Positions 53,434-64,000 of a stretch of DNA of 64,000 bases are shown here, in pieces (within the stretch, counting starts at the first letter, position 1; each line of letters opens with the position of its first letter). Under the pieces are notes generated by a model. That model worked only from the letters and a program-made list of their open reading frames with translations, was not told the DNA's origin and searched no databases. Location of the stretch: positions 128,898,001-128,962,000 of the forward strand of contig NC_042999.1 in assembly GCF_006345805.1 (NCBI RefSeq). The letters run 5' to 3'. Position numbers and translations under genes: made by a program. This stretch comes from Octopus sinensis. Taxonomy: Eukaryota.

Positions 53434-54459
53434 CAGGGTGGCCCAAAAGTCACTGAGGGGTTTTAATTTTTAATAACTCCCTTATTTTTATAAATAGGTA
53501 TTTGAAATTTTTATTCAATATAGAGTAGATAATGGAGATTAATTTGCATTAGTCTTTTTTCATCATACTTCTGCATTACGTATGAAAAGTGACACCTTTT
53601 AAATGACATCCATTGTCAGCTTCACACATCCATGTCCTTTCCAAAATATGTTACATGATAGCTATAAGGGTTTCAGGGTCCAGTTCCTTGATTTCTTTAG
53701 TGGTATTCTCTTTCAATTGCTCCAGGTTTTCTGGTTTGTTGACATAAACCATCTCCTTGAGGTACCCTCACAAGAAAAAGTCAGGGCAGGTTAAGTTGGG
53801 GAACACAATAACCAGTTGACATCAGTAAGAGATAAGTCTTTCTTGAAAACATTGCTTCAGCAACTGTATTGTCTCTCTTGCAATATGAGCAGTTGTCTCA
53901 TCTTGCTGGAACCACATATCAGACCTATTTTGAATGGTCAAGCACAAAAAGTTCTCGATCATGGACCTGTACCACTCACCAGTCATAGTGACAGCATTCC
54001 CATCATCATCCTCAAAGAAATAAGGCCCAAATACCTCATCTGGCGTAATTGCACACAATACTGTACACTTTATGACATGCAATTCTTTTTCATGTACTGC
54101 TCTCAGATTCTCAGAACCCCAAACTGGAAATTTTGTCTGTTGATGAGCCCATTCAAATGGAAGTGAGCTTCATCAGACACGATGAATTTTTGTGTAAAAC
54201 TTGGGTCATTTCATGCCACTTCCTGGATTTTGACTGCATATTGGAACCTGTGTTCATAGTCCTGAGGCTTCAACTGATGAATCATCTGTACCTTGTATGG
54301 AAAAAGGTTAAAGCTGCCGAGAACTCTTTGCAGCAAAGTTTGTAAAATCCCAAGTTATCTGGACCACTTTTGAGTCAATGTGCACAGATTCTGTTCAATA
54401 CTTTCTTGCACTCATTCCCTTGTCTCATTGGTTGCGACCGTGTGACTTTTGGACCATTC

Positions 54460-54461
<2 letters not shown>
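53434..54461 (-). mobile_element. rosa/DD41D-like Tc1-mariner element with TIRs, decayed
   Basis: TIRs cagggtggcccaaaagtcac / gtgacttttggaccattctg; DEAHFHLNG, GPYFFE, WFQQDETTAH...W..CSPNLTCPDFFL, with spacing consistent with DD41D apart from frameshifts. Confidence 0.82.
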
Positions 54462-54503
<42 letters not shown>

Positions 54504-54510
54504 ATATATA

Positions 54511-55790
54511 TATTATGTCGTCAAATTTGTAGTAAGGTATATGGTAAACTTTGACAGCTGCTCATTTTGCGCCATTATTATATTTTGACAATCATTATTT
54601 TATGTTAGAAAGCTGACACATCTATCTCTTTATTCTAGCTCATTTTGCACTTTATAAAGTGTTTATGGATCGTTTTTTACTATTTTTGTTTATAGATGGA
54701 TAAGTCGGAAATTCATACACTTTTGAAATATGAGTTCTTTCTTGGAAATACAGTATCATAGACAGCTCAGAATATTAATAGAGTATTTCATTCTAATGTT
54801 ATTACACAACAGACAGTATCAAATTGGTTTGCAAAATTTTGTTCTGGTAACTTTGACCTCACAAATGAGCAATGCTGTCAACCAGAAACAAAGGTGGATA
54901 ATGATGAACAGAAAGCCACTGTCAAATCAGATCCATCTCAAAGTGCCTGTGAATATCGTTGTTGTTTGGTGTTAGCAAGTAAACAATATTGACTCACCTA
55001 GTTCAAATCAGTAAAGTGAAAAAGTTGGATAACTGGGTTCCACATGAACTCAATGAAAATCAGAAACAGCAATGTTTGAAAGCCTGCATTATGCTACTTT
55101 CTTGTCACAAAAATGAGTAATTTTTTAAAATAATGTGATGAGAAATGGATGCAGTACAACAACCGTAAATGTTCAGCACAATGGTTGGACAAAGACGAGC
55201 CTCCAAAACACCATCCAAAAAGCAAAATTCATCAAAAGAAGCTGATGGTGTGTGTTTGGTCTGGCACAGGTGTGATCCATTATGATTTCATTAAACCTGA
55301 CTCATCAATCACAGTCAAAGTATACTACAGCCAACTGGACCAAATGATGCAGAAACTTACAAAAAAAACAGTCTAGATTAGTCAACAGATCCACTCCTAT
55401 TTTATTGCAAGACAACGGCAGACCACACATTGCAAAACTGACATTGGCGAAACAACAGGAGTTGGAGTTGGAAGTTCTCCATCATCCACCATATTCACCT
55501 GATCTTGCCCTCACTAACTACCACTTCTTCCAGAATTTGAATATTTCGATAACTTTTTGATAGGAAGAGATTTAATTCCGACGATACTGTAAAACAGGCC
55601 TTCTAAGATTTTATTGACTCTAGATTGCCAGGCTTTTACAGTTCCAGGCTGGAGAAGCTACCACAGAAATGGCAAAAGTGTATTGACAATATGGGTGCAT
55701 ACTTTGATGAATAAAACTATTCCTTGTATTTATAAGACATTAGCAAACTTTTTTCTTTTCTACAAATTTCATACTTGATGACCTAATATA
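54511..55790 (+). mobile_element. Hsmar1/cecropia-like mariner, near full length, multiply disrupted
   Basis: MDKSEIHTLLKYEF..., DEKWMQYNN, LLQDNGRPH...HPPYSPDLALTNYHFF; degenerate TIRs tattatgtcgtc...aaatttgtag / ctacaaatttcatacttgatgacctaata. Confidence 0.88.
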
Positions 55791-56082
55791 TATACACATA
55801 CACACACTTTTATATAACACCAAAGACCCAAAGTATGTGTTGGACAGGATCAGAAAGTGTCAGTAACTGTCAGTGGGGGTTTCCTGGATTTTGACTATTC
55901 CCATACAGCAACCCTACACTTAATGTTACAGAACCAGGAAGTAATTATTGATTTTACAAGTCCTTGGGGATCTTGAAGATATTTTTTGTTTTGATGTATC
56001 AATTACCTCATAATGAATGTCTTTCATCAAAGAATTACAGAAATATTCATTAACTTAACTTTTCTTTACATCCTTATTTCAG

Positions 56083-56173
56083 AAAACCGTTGCCGAAGCT
56101 TGGAACATGAGCCGTCAAGAACCTTTAGTTGTTCGTTTAAATGTTTCTTTGAGTTCTTATCTGGATAACCCAG
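56083..56173 (+). CDS. PARP6/PARP8: PARP6/8-like exon e: KTVAEAWNMSRQEPLVVRLNVSLSSYLDNP
   Basis: tttcag acceptor and G|gtatgg donor; 91 nt, phase 0 to 1; matches recalled EEVSTAWKVLRTEPIVLRLRFSLSQYLDGP. Confidence 0.9.
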
Positions 56174-56713
56174 GTATGGAATTCCTTCAGTGCTATTTCT
56201 CCTTTTTAATATTATTGCATAGATTGCATTAATTACATTTATAAATAAATTTAACTATTCCACTGTAAATCAGGAATCCTCTAGTGATTATGATTCTGCA
56301 ACTAATGAAGATTATAAGGATAAGAAGGGTAGTAGTAATAGTGGTGATAGTGGTGGTGGGGTTAATGGTGGTTGTGACAATTTTATATAAACCCTTTAGC
56401 ATTCAGATTAATCTATCAAATGCAATGCTTATTTATTCACATTACTTTTTATTTATCATGTATTATCTTAAAGCTTCAAATTTTTGATGATGTAATTGTT
56501 TATTTTTAGAATAACAATGTAGAATAAGTGTATGAAATTACATCTGGTCATTTTAAACATAAAACAAGTTGGTTATCTGAGCCAGATATGGCCAGTTTAA
56601 ATGTTAAATGGTTAATATAACCATTATAGAGTTAAATTTTGTTTGTTTGCCTGTTTAAAATTCTTTTTAATTATAACTCAGATTATTAGCTCTTTTATGC
56701 TTCATTCTTGCAG

Positions 56714-56786
56714 AGATTCCAAAAGTTGAAGTATTCCAGCCGTCCAAGAAAGATCAGCCTTGGGGTATTGGTTGCCAAATCAAAAA
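56714..56786 (+). CDS. PARP6/PARP8: PARP6/8-like exon f: (E)IPKVEVFQPSKKDQPWGIGCQIK(K)
   Basis: ttgcag acceptor and AA|gtatgt donor; 73 nt, phase 1 to 2; matches recalled PARP6 EPSIEVFQPSNKEGFGLGLQLKK. Confidence 0.9.
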
Positions 56787-57708
56787 GTATGTGGAATACT
56801 AAATAAAAAAAAATTGTTCTGTTACTATGTTATTATGTTTCATTCTTTTCCATAACAAAATTTCCTTTTCTAAATGAACTTCCTTTTTCAGATGATTAAT
56901 ATTTTCTGGATGGTCTACTTCTGGATAGAAGAGTACTAAAATTAAGTTCCCTGGTATATCTAGAATCCTGGGATATGTCATATTTCAGTTTGTATTAAGT
57001 CCATGCTGTATTCTCTGTCATTCAGTGTTCAGTTGTATGGAATGAAGTGTTACTACCAGAAAATATAGCATCTATTTAGATATGTTTAACATCATCATTC
57101 ATGATCATCATCTAACATCTGATTTCCATGCTGGCATGGGTTTAACAGTTTGACTTGAGCTGGAAAGGCTAGGGATCGCACCAAGCTCCATTGTCTGTTC
57201 CAGTAAGGTTTCTACAGTTAGGTGCCCTTCCTAATGCCAACCACTCCACAGAGTGAACTGGGTACTTTTTGTGCGGTACCAACAACAGTGCTTTTAATAT
57301 CGCACCAGCATGAGTGCCTTTCATGTGGCACCAGTGCTGTGGTGGATGGATCTTCTTGTGTACAACAAGGTGCCAGATCTTAGTCTTTTGTTATCTCCTT
57401 CATAAGGCTAGGTGTCCTAGTTTGTATTTTAGTTAGGTTTATGATGATTTATGTTCCAAACACCAGCTTAATTAATAATGCCAAATTTATTTAAATAAAT
57501 TCTCTATTATTTTCAAAATTAATTGAAACAAAGGCAATATGCACCAAAAGAAATATGGTAATGAAAGAATTAATGTAGAGAGCATTAAAGAGCTAACTAG
57601 AAATACATAGGCAGTGAGCAAAATGAAGAGTTAGACAATAATTCAAAAGAGTAAATATGTTTAGTTCATAATAATCTGATGTCGTTATTTCTTTACATTT
57701 ATTTTCAG

Positions 57709-57858
57709 AATTGTGGAGACCTTTGTATCAAATCAGTGGCGTAAAGTGGCTAACAGAGATGTACTTAGGGCACATTCTATGGCACCAAAATCTCAGAGTA
57801 TGCCTTGCCATATTTCTGATCATTGTGAACAATCTACAAGCGCATCAAATACCGATCA
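57709..57858 (+). CDS. PARP6/PARP8: PARP6/8-like exon g: IVETFVSNQWRKVANRDVLRAHSMAPKSQSMPCHISDHCEQSTSASNTD(H)
   Basis: tttcag acceptor and CA|gtaagc donor; 150 nt, phase 2 to 2, open; the start matches recalled PARP8 IMQTFVTQQW. Confidence 0.85.
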
Positions 57859-58514
57859 GTAAGCTGATTTCAATTTTTTTTAAATCTCAGTTGTTGATTT
57901 TTTTTGTTGTTGCTTTTGAAGTTCAGCTGCAAGTCAGCCCTTATCAAGCAGACCTATAATCAAAAACATTCCATGACTAGCCATTTTTTTTTGTATGCCT
58001 AGAACTATATTGTCCAGTGTGTTTTCCTCCCTCAGTTCAAGATAGTAGAGTGTGATTTGAGGGAAATTTAGCTGCTATTTCTTGTGAGGTCATCACATTA
58101 ATGACTGTAAAATGCTACAACACATGCAAGAATTTAACAACGCACACACACACACATGTACACTTACTCACAAACATTTAATAGTTAAATGCTCAGATAG
58201 ATAATCAAGCAGTCAGACTAACAACCAGAATTCAAATTATGGCCAATCCTTTTTTCTTTTTGTCTTTTTTTTTATTATTTAAGTCTAATTATGTTTTGTC
58301 TTTTACTTGTTACAGTTTTGGACTCTGACCATGGTCGGGTAACAACCGGAAGAGTTTGCTTAAACACATTGACCCCCAGTGTTTATTTTATGTTTGGCAC
58401 TTATTCTATTGGGTCTCTTTTGCTGAGCTGCTATGTTACAAAGATGCAAAGAAACCAACTCTGGTTGTCAAGCAGTTACTAGGAACAAACACAAATATAG
58501 ACATATAAATATAT

Positions 58515-58770
<256 letters not shown>

Positions 58771-60713
58771 AACCGACAGACAGACAAAACATGCTTCAAT
58801 CTACTAAATTCACTTACAAGGCATTCATTGGTTTGGAGCTATGGTAGAAGATACATGCTCAAGGTGGCATGCAGGGGAACTGAACCTGAAACCATGTGGT
58901 TGCAAAGTGATTTTCGTAACCACCCATGACTGTCCCTAAACTAGGCACTTTCTTCTGTTATCTTATTCAATAGGAATTCTTCTAAAAAATTAACTGAAAG
59001 AACTGTGAGACTCAATTTTTGACATTCAGTGTTTATGAAACAGAATTTATTACTGCATGATCAGTTTTAGGCAGTGAATCTTTCAAAATTCATCAACAGT
59101 CATTTTCTTACAAGGTCCTGGAATACAGCACTGCATCACAAAAATCATGCGTTTGTGTTTACATTCGATTTAAGTATTTCTTTGTTTTTGTGGGGCAAAA
59201 TATTTTCAAATTTTGGCACAAGACCAGCAATTTTGGGGAGGGTAAATTGATTACAATTGACCCCAGTACTTACCTAGTGCTTATTTTACCAACCCTGAAA
59301 GGATGAAAGGCAAAGTTGACCTTGGCAGTCCTTTAACTCAGAGCATAAAGAACGAAATGCTACTTAGTATTTTGCCCAGCATGCTAACAATTCTGTCAGC
59401 CTGCTGCCCTTTTGTGTATGATAGAATATTGCACTTTATACAACAAAATGGATTCAGGGTCAGCCCATCGAACTGGCACCTTGGGTAAGTGTCTTTTGCT
59501 ATAGCCCCAGGCTGAGTAATGCCTTGTGACTGAGTTTTGGAGACAGAAACTGCATGCTAGCCCTTCATGTGTGTGTGTGTGTGTTTTGTGCATGTGTGTC
59601 TTTGTGTTTGTTCCCCACTTCATCATCACTTGACAACTAATGCTGATTTGTTTATGTCTCTGTAACTTCGTGGTTCAAGAAAAAGAAACCTGTAGAATAG
59701 CTACCAGGCTTAAAAAATAAGTACTGGATTCAGTTCATTCAATTAAACCTTTCAAAGCAGGGACCCAGTATGGTCACAGTCTAATAACTGAAACAAATAA
59801 AAGATATCAGATGTTATTAATCCCCAGTGTAAACTTGATTGAGCAGACCCATGATCAAAGGTATTCAAGCCATGACCATTCTGTGCTTTTTTCTCTTAGA
59901 CTGCATTGTGTAATATGTCATTTTTTTAATGATGTCTAAGCATGATTAAAAAAAAATTTAGTTGATATTTCTAGCAAGTGAAATGACCAAATACAAGTTC
60001 CCTTGTTGGCGCATATATGTATCTGTTTCAACTAGCAGTGTTCAGGGCTAGTTTTATACTAATCAGACAGATTTGTTCATATTGAGCCCAGTGCCAAGAG
60101 AGGGCCCCTCACACATTTGAGCAGAGGATGCTATGATGAATTTTTAGTATATCATTGTGGCTAATGGAGGAGCCTCAAGCCCTCAATGCCTTTTGGTTGG
60201 GACTTTTGTAGAGTGGAGGGCCCAACAATTCTCTAATTGGGCCTTGCACTTCTTAGCACCTGCCCTGGCTGTGTTAAATAGTTAACACCTGCACCAGGAA
60301 CTGTTTCATTTCTCGTTTGTATAACACCAAAAACAAGAGTGTGAGTCCAGGAGCAAGTACCAGTTACGTGACTTGGTGCCTGTTAAAAGTTACTTACACT
60401 CTAACTCCTATTCTCCTTCTTCCTCCTCCTCATCATCATTCTTATCATTATCATTGTCAGACATGACCGTGTGGTGAGACATTCACTTCCCAACCACATG
60501 GTTTTGGGTTCAGTCCCATTGCTCATAACAAATTACTTTTTAGTTAGATTGTTTTCATTCCTATTTCCCATTAAGCATGTTAACGCTAATTTAACTACTG
60601 ATCTCATAGATTGACATTGCATCTCTTTATTAATGTACTGGGTTCTTAGTATGTTTTTTGAACTGCAAAACTTTTTCTAGATTTTCTCACATTATTTCTT
60701 GTTCCTGTTGCAG

Positions 60714-61146
60714 TTTGTGTCATCCTTCAAGTAAATGTAGCAAGAACAAAGAAGACAATCACATCCCCTCAATAACTGATAGAAATACAAACTGTCCAAG
60801 TCATGAAAGCAATAACAACAGCCACCACAATCACAACAGCAGTAGTAGCAGTAGCAGCAGTAGTAGCAGCAGCAGTAGCAGTAGCAATAACAACAACAAC
60901 AATAACAACAACAATGAAAGTGCTCCTTCTGGTGGTGCTGCGGCCATTTCTTCCAGCCCCTCAACATTTTCACCAATCAAAGTGGGCAAGCTCAGCCTCA
61001 GTCGGATTTTGCGGCTTGCCTCTTCAGCAACAGTTCCAAATCTTAGCCACTCTTTTACAAGAGATCTTAGTTTGGTCCCATCAACAACAGCTGATGGAGA
61101 AAGATCCAAACGGATTCCTTGCCTAGAGTATGGATTTTTATCTCAG
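60714..61146 (+). CDS. PARP6/PARP8: PARP6/8-like exon h: low-complexity linker ending ...[17 protein letters not shown]
   Basis: ttgcag acceptor and CAG|gtaatt donor; 433 nt, phase 2 to 0; lies inside ORF 60658..61383; the end matches recalled PARP6 KNIPTLEYGFLVQ. Confidence 0.85.
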
Positions 61147-61186
61147 GTAATTCTTTTACTGTTTCTCTTTCACCCTTCTCCCTTCT

Positions 61187-61211
61187 ATCTATCTATCTAT
61201 CTGTCTATCTG

Positions 61212-61269
<58 letters not shown>

Positions 61270-61334
61270 GATCTACTTACCTACCTACCTACCTACCTAT
61301 CTATCTACCTATCTATCTGTCTATCTATCTATCT
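61187..61334. repeat. (TCTA)n/(ACCT)n microsatellite just 3' of exon h
   Basis: Directly visible; explains the SIYL read-through of ORF 60658..61383. Confidence 0.95.
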
Positions 61335-61428
61335 AGGGGGAGAATTAAAAAAAAACAACAAAAGACGAAGACAGGTGGTGTAGACAACAAACAGATGTAT
61401 TAGTTTAATGCTCGAGAAGTGAAAAAGT

Positions 61429-61464
61429 CTTTAATGTTTCGAGCCTACGCTCTTCTACGGAAAG
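61429..61464 (-). ncRNA. Degenerate minimal hammerhead-like motif
   Basis: Reverse complement reads CTTT-CCGTAGA-A-GAGC(GTAG)GCTC-GAAA-CAT-T-AAAG. Same architecture as 15369-15403, with core changes and CpG decay in stem III. Confidence 0.4.
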
Positions 61465-61518
61465 GAACACAGAAAGAAACAAGGAGAGAAAATAAAGAAT
61501 GTGTAATGCCTAGCACCG

Positions 61519-61554
<36 letters not shown>

Positions 61555-61620
61555 CAGAAGTGCACATACACACACACACACACACACATGCATGCACACA
61601 CACACACACACATTCACACA

Positions 61621-61688
<68 letters not shown>

Positions 61689-61690
61689 TG

Positions 61691-61790
61691 TACAGTGGAA
61701 CCTCAGTTTATGAATTCACTTCATTCATAAATGTTGTTCATCGCCCAAAATATTCATAAACCAAAACTATTTTTCCCATAGGAAATTCAG
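61691..61790 (+). mobile_element. Tigger/pogo-like terminal fragment
   Basis: TACAGTGGAACCTC start resembles pogo/Tigger TIRs; no partner TIR found. Confidence 0.35.
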
Positions 61791-61959
61791 GAGAAGGCAC
61801 AGTAAATTTGAGCAGGCATGTACACTGAAGAGAAGCTAGACAACAACTGACGCTCTCCTGTTTAAACATCTGATACGCATCTTTTAAATAACTTTGCAGT
61901 AATATCAGTTCAGCATGTATAAAGTCAAGGACATTATTATTTTAATCAATGAATTATGG

Positions 61960-63250
61960 TTTGACATATAAATTATAAATAAATTTCCCATACTTTCATG
62001 GATACAAATTGTTCTGTGAAGTTGTCCAAAATAAGGTCTTTTTTTTTTCAGTTTCCTTATTTACTCTACTCAACTGAGCATCATCACAGAGTCTGTCTTG
62101 CTTTATAGAGGTTTTCAAATATTAGTTTAACTTGCAGGGTGATCTGTTACAACTGGTGATGGAAACTCCTATGGGTAAGAATATCAATTGGAAAGATGTT
62201 TCCTTTGCCATGCTGAACAATAAATTCAAGATCTTCAAGTTTTGATATTTTCATATTGGCCCACCTTGATATCAATGTTCTACAATTCAAAATTCCTTCA
62301 TACAACTGCTTTCCACCAACATCTGGACTGTAAAATTTACCCAAAATTTCACACTTTTCTAAATAATTATTGTCTGAATTGCAACACAGTTCTTTGACAT
62401 TGAGAAGGAAACCAAACAAGCAAGCCTCTATTTTTCGTTCATGACTCTTTCCATTTCCTCCTTAGCTGTTAACATCATGCCTCTCAAGTTCTCATCAGCT
62501 TTTCATTTCTTTCATTTCTGATATCTTTCAACTTTTTCAACTAACTCACTGACCAACATTACCTTTTTGTCATGAAAATGATCATAGAAAACTTTCAAAT
62601 TCACGGAGGCACCATGGAGTTCATGTAAGGAATTTGTAGCCTCCTTTGAATACAGTTAATATTAGTGAGTACTTTGTTTAAAATGATCTTAACAGAGTCA
62701 AGAAATTCTAATTCAAGATGCAGTTGTACAGCTGCCTTGCTTCACTTCACAGCCAACAGCCAATGACTTATTTATAGATAATGATAGTGATGAACAACTT
62801 TATGCATTTAACTCCTGGTTCAGAGTGTGACATTTCTTTCTGCTTGTAAACTGTGTTGTGTCATTCACTCACTCTTTCATTTCCCATTAACTGCCTAACT
62901 TCATACATGCTTTTATCAGCAGCATCACCAATATCTTGACTGTTTATCCTCTTTTTATCCGCATCTTGTTCAGTCAAGATTTAATTGCTTGACATCCAAG
63001 TAAGCATTCTTACATTTCTGTTACCCAACCATCTTGCCTTACCAAATGATCAAGGATGAGACTCATCCATAACATGTTAAATATAAGAAGATATTACAAG
63101 TTCCATCCAGTTATTTCAGTGATTCTACCAAAGAGAGTCTACAAACACTTTGATTATGTGCTCCTCCTCTTATGGGTTTTCTTTTTTCTTCCTTTCTGTC
63201 TTTCTTTCTTTGTTACCATTTTATTTTTTTCTGTCATCTAAAATGAGAGA
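61960..63250 (-). mobile_element. hAT-superfamily transposase remnant
   Basis: ORF 62147..62419 (FGFLL...EILGKFYSPDVGGKQLYEGILNCR...GNIFP) followed by degenerate KLKLI-like sequence resembles the hAT C-terminal dimerisation region; 5' limit uncertain. Confidence 0.55.
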
Positions 63251-64000
63251 AAATAGATTTAGCAGTGATTCTTTATGCAGAATTCATCAAAAATGAAAGT
63301 AATTCTAGCAGTATATTTTCATTTTCTGTAACCCCACCTTATTCATGTGTAACTAGCCAGTTTTCTCTCTTTATGGACATCTAATCTTAAATTACTGTCC
63401 CACCATTGTATGATGAAGTACATGGAAAAACAGATATGGCTTTTAAGATAAATTTCTCATTTCAGTTATTCTAATTAACAAACAGGTTTTGCAATGTTAT
63501 AAAAATCCCTACTTTTATAGTCATAAGGAGATAAACTTCATCATCAAGATATAGTAGTATTTTCTATCCTCATAATATAATCATGCGTGGTCTAAATAAT
63601 CTATTTTCATCTTATTATAAGGTTTATTTGTATACTCGCCAACGTATACCAACATTAAATGAATATTGTGTTGTTTGTGATCAAGCCCATTTATTTCAAA
63701 ACGGGTCAATGCTACAGGTAAGTGGAACAATCATATTGCTAATATAGAGTTTGTTGAATTAAACTTTAGAAGTTCTCCCCACTTTTGTGGTATTGCTAAT
63801 ATATAGTTTGTTGATTTAAACTCTGGAAGTTTTTTTTCCCCTCTTTTGTTCCAAATGAAACCAATGTCCAAACAAATTGTTCCAATATCAAAAATTAACC
63901 ACATTATTAACCTCTACTCTATTATAGAATATCTGAGCAAAATAATTCTTTTAAATTTTTTAGCACAATGCCAGTAATTTGAGTAATGAGGAGCAAGTCG

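Noticed and set aside
55516-55518. Asn in place of the third catalytic Asp (D,D34N, as in SETMAR)
   Set aside because: A single GAC to AAC change in a copy with many stops and frameshifts; no sign of domestication.
63734-63849. 57-bp tandem duplication
   Set aside because: Two diverged AT-rich copies only; an ordinary local duplication.

Overview
AT-rich, microsatellite-dense animal genomic DNA. The SINE/LINE repertoire looks like an octopod cephalopod (inference, no database check). There is one host gene, on the + strand: eight GT-AG exons (2647-2739, 25472-25650, 32996-33093, 35666-35726, 56083-56173, 56714-56786, 57709-57858, 60714-61146). They splice with consistent phases into one open frame of about 392 codons, matching the N-terminal and central part of PARP6/PARP8-family mono-ADP-ribosyltransferases. 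The start codon and the catalytic domain lie outside the window. The introns (up to about 23 kb) are full of decayed mobile DNA: RTE and R4/Dong LINEs, a Penelope-like GIY-YIG remnant, four kinds of Tc1/mariner (DD34D, DD37D, DD41D-like, Hsmar1-like), a hAT remnant, several tRNA-derived SINE families, and long near-perfect foldback palindromes. The most interesting non-obvious signal is a set of minimal type-I hammerhead-ribozyme-like motifs. All lie antisense to the gene, and one (8947-8988) has a fully paired fold with the compensatory U3-A8 core variant and a GUA cleavage triplet. Family assignments come from recalled motifs, not from searches. Repeat boundaries are approximate.
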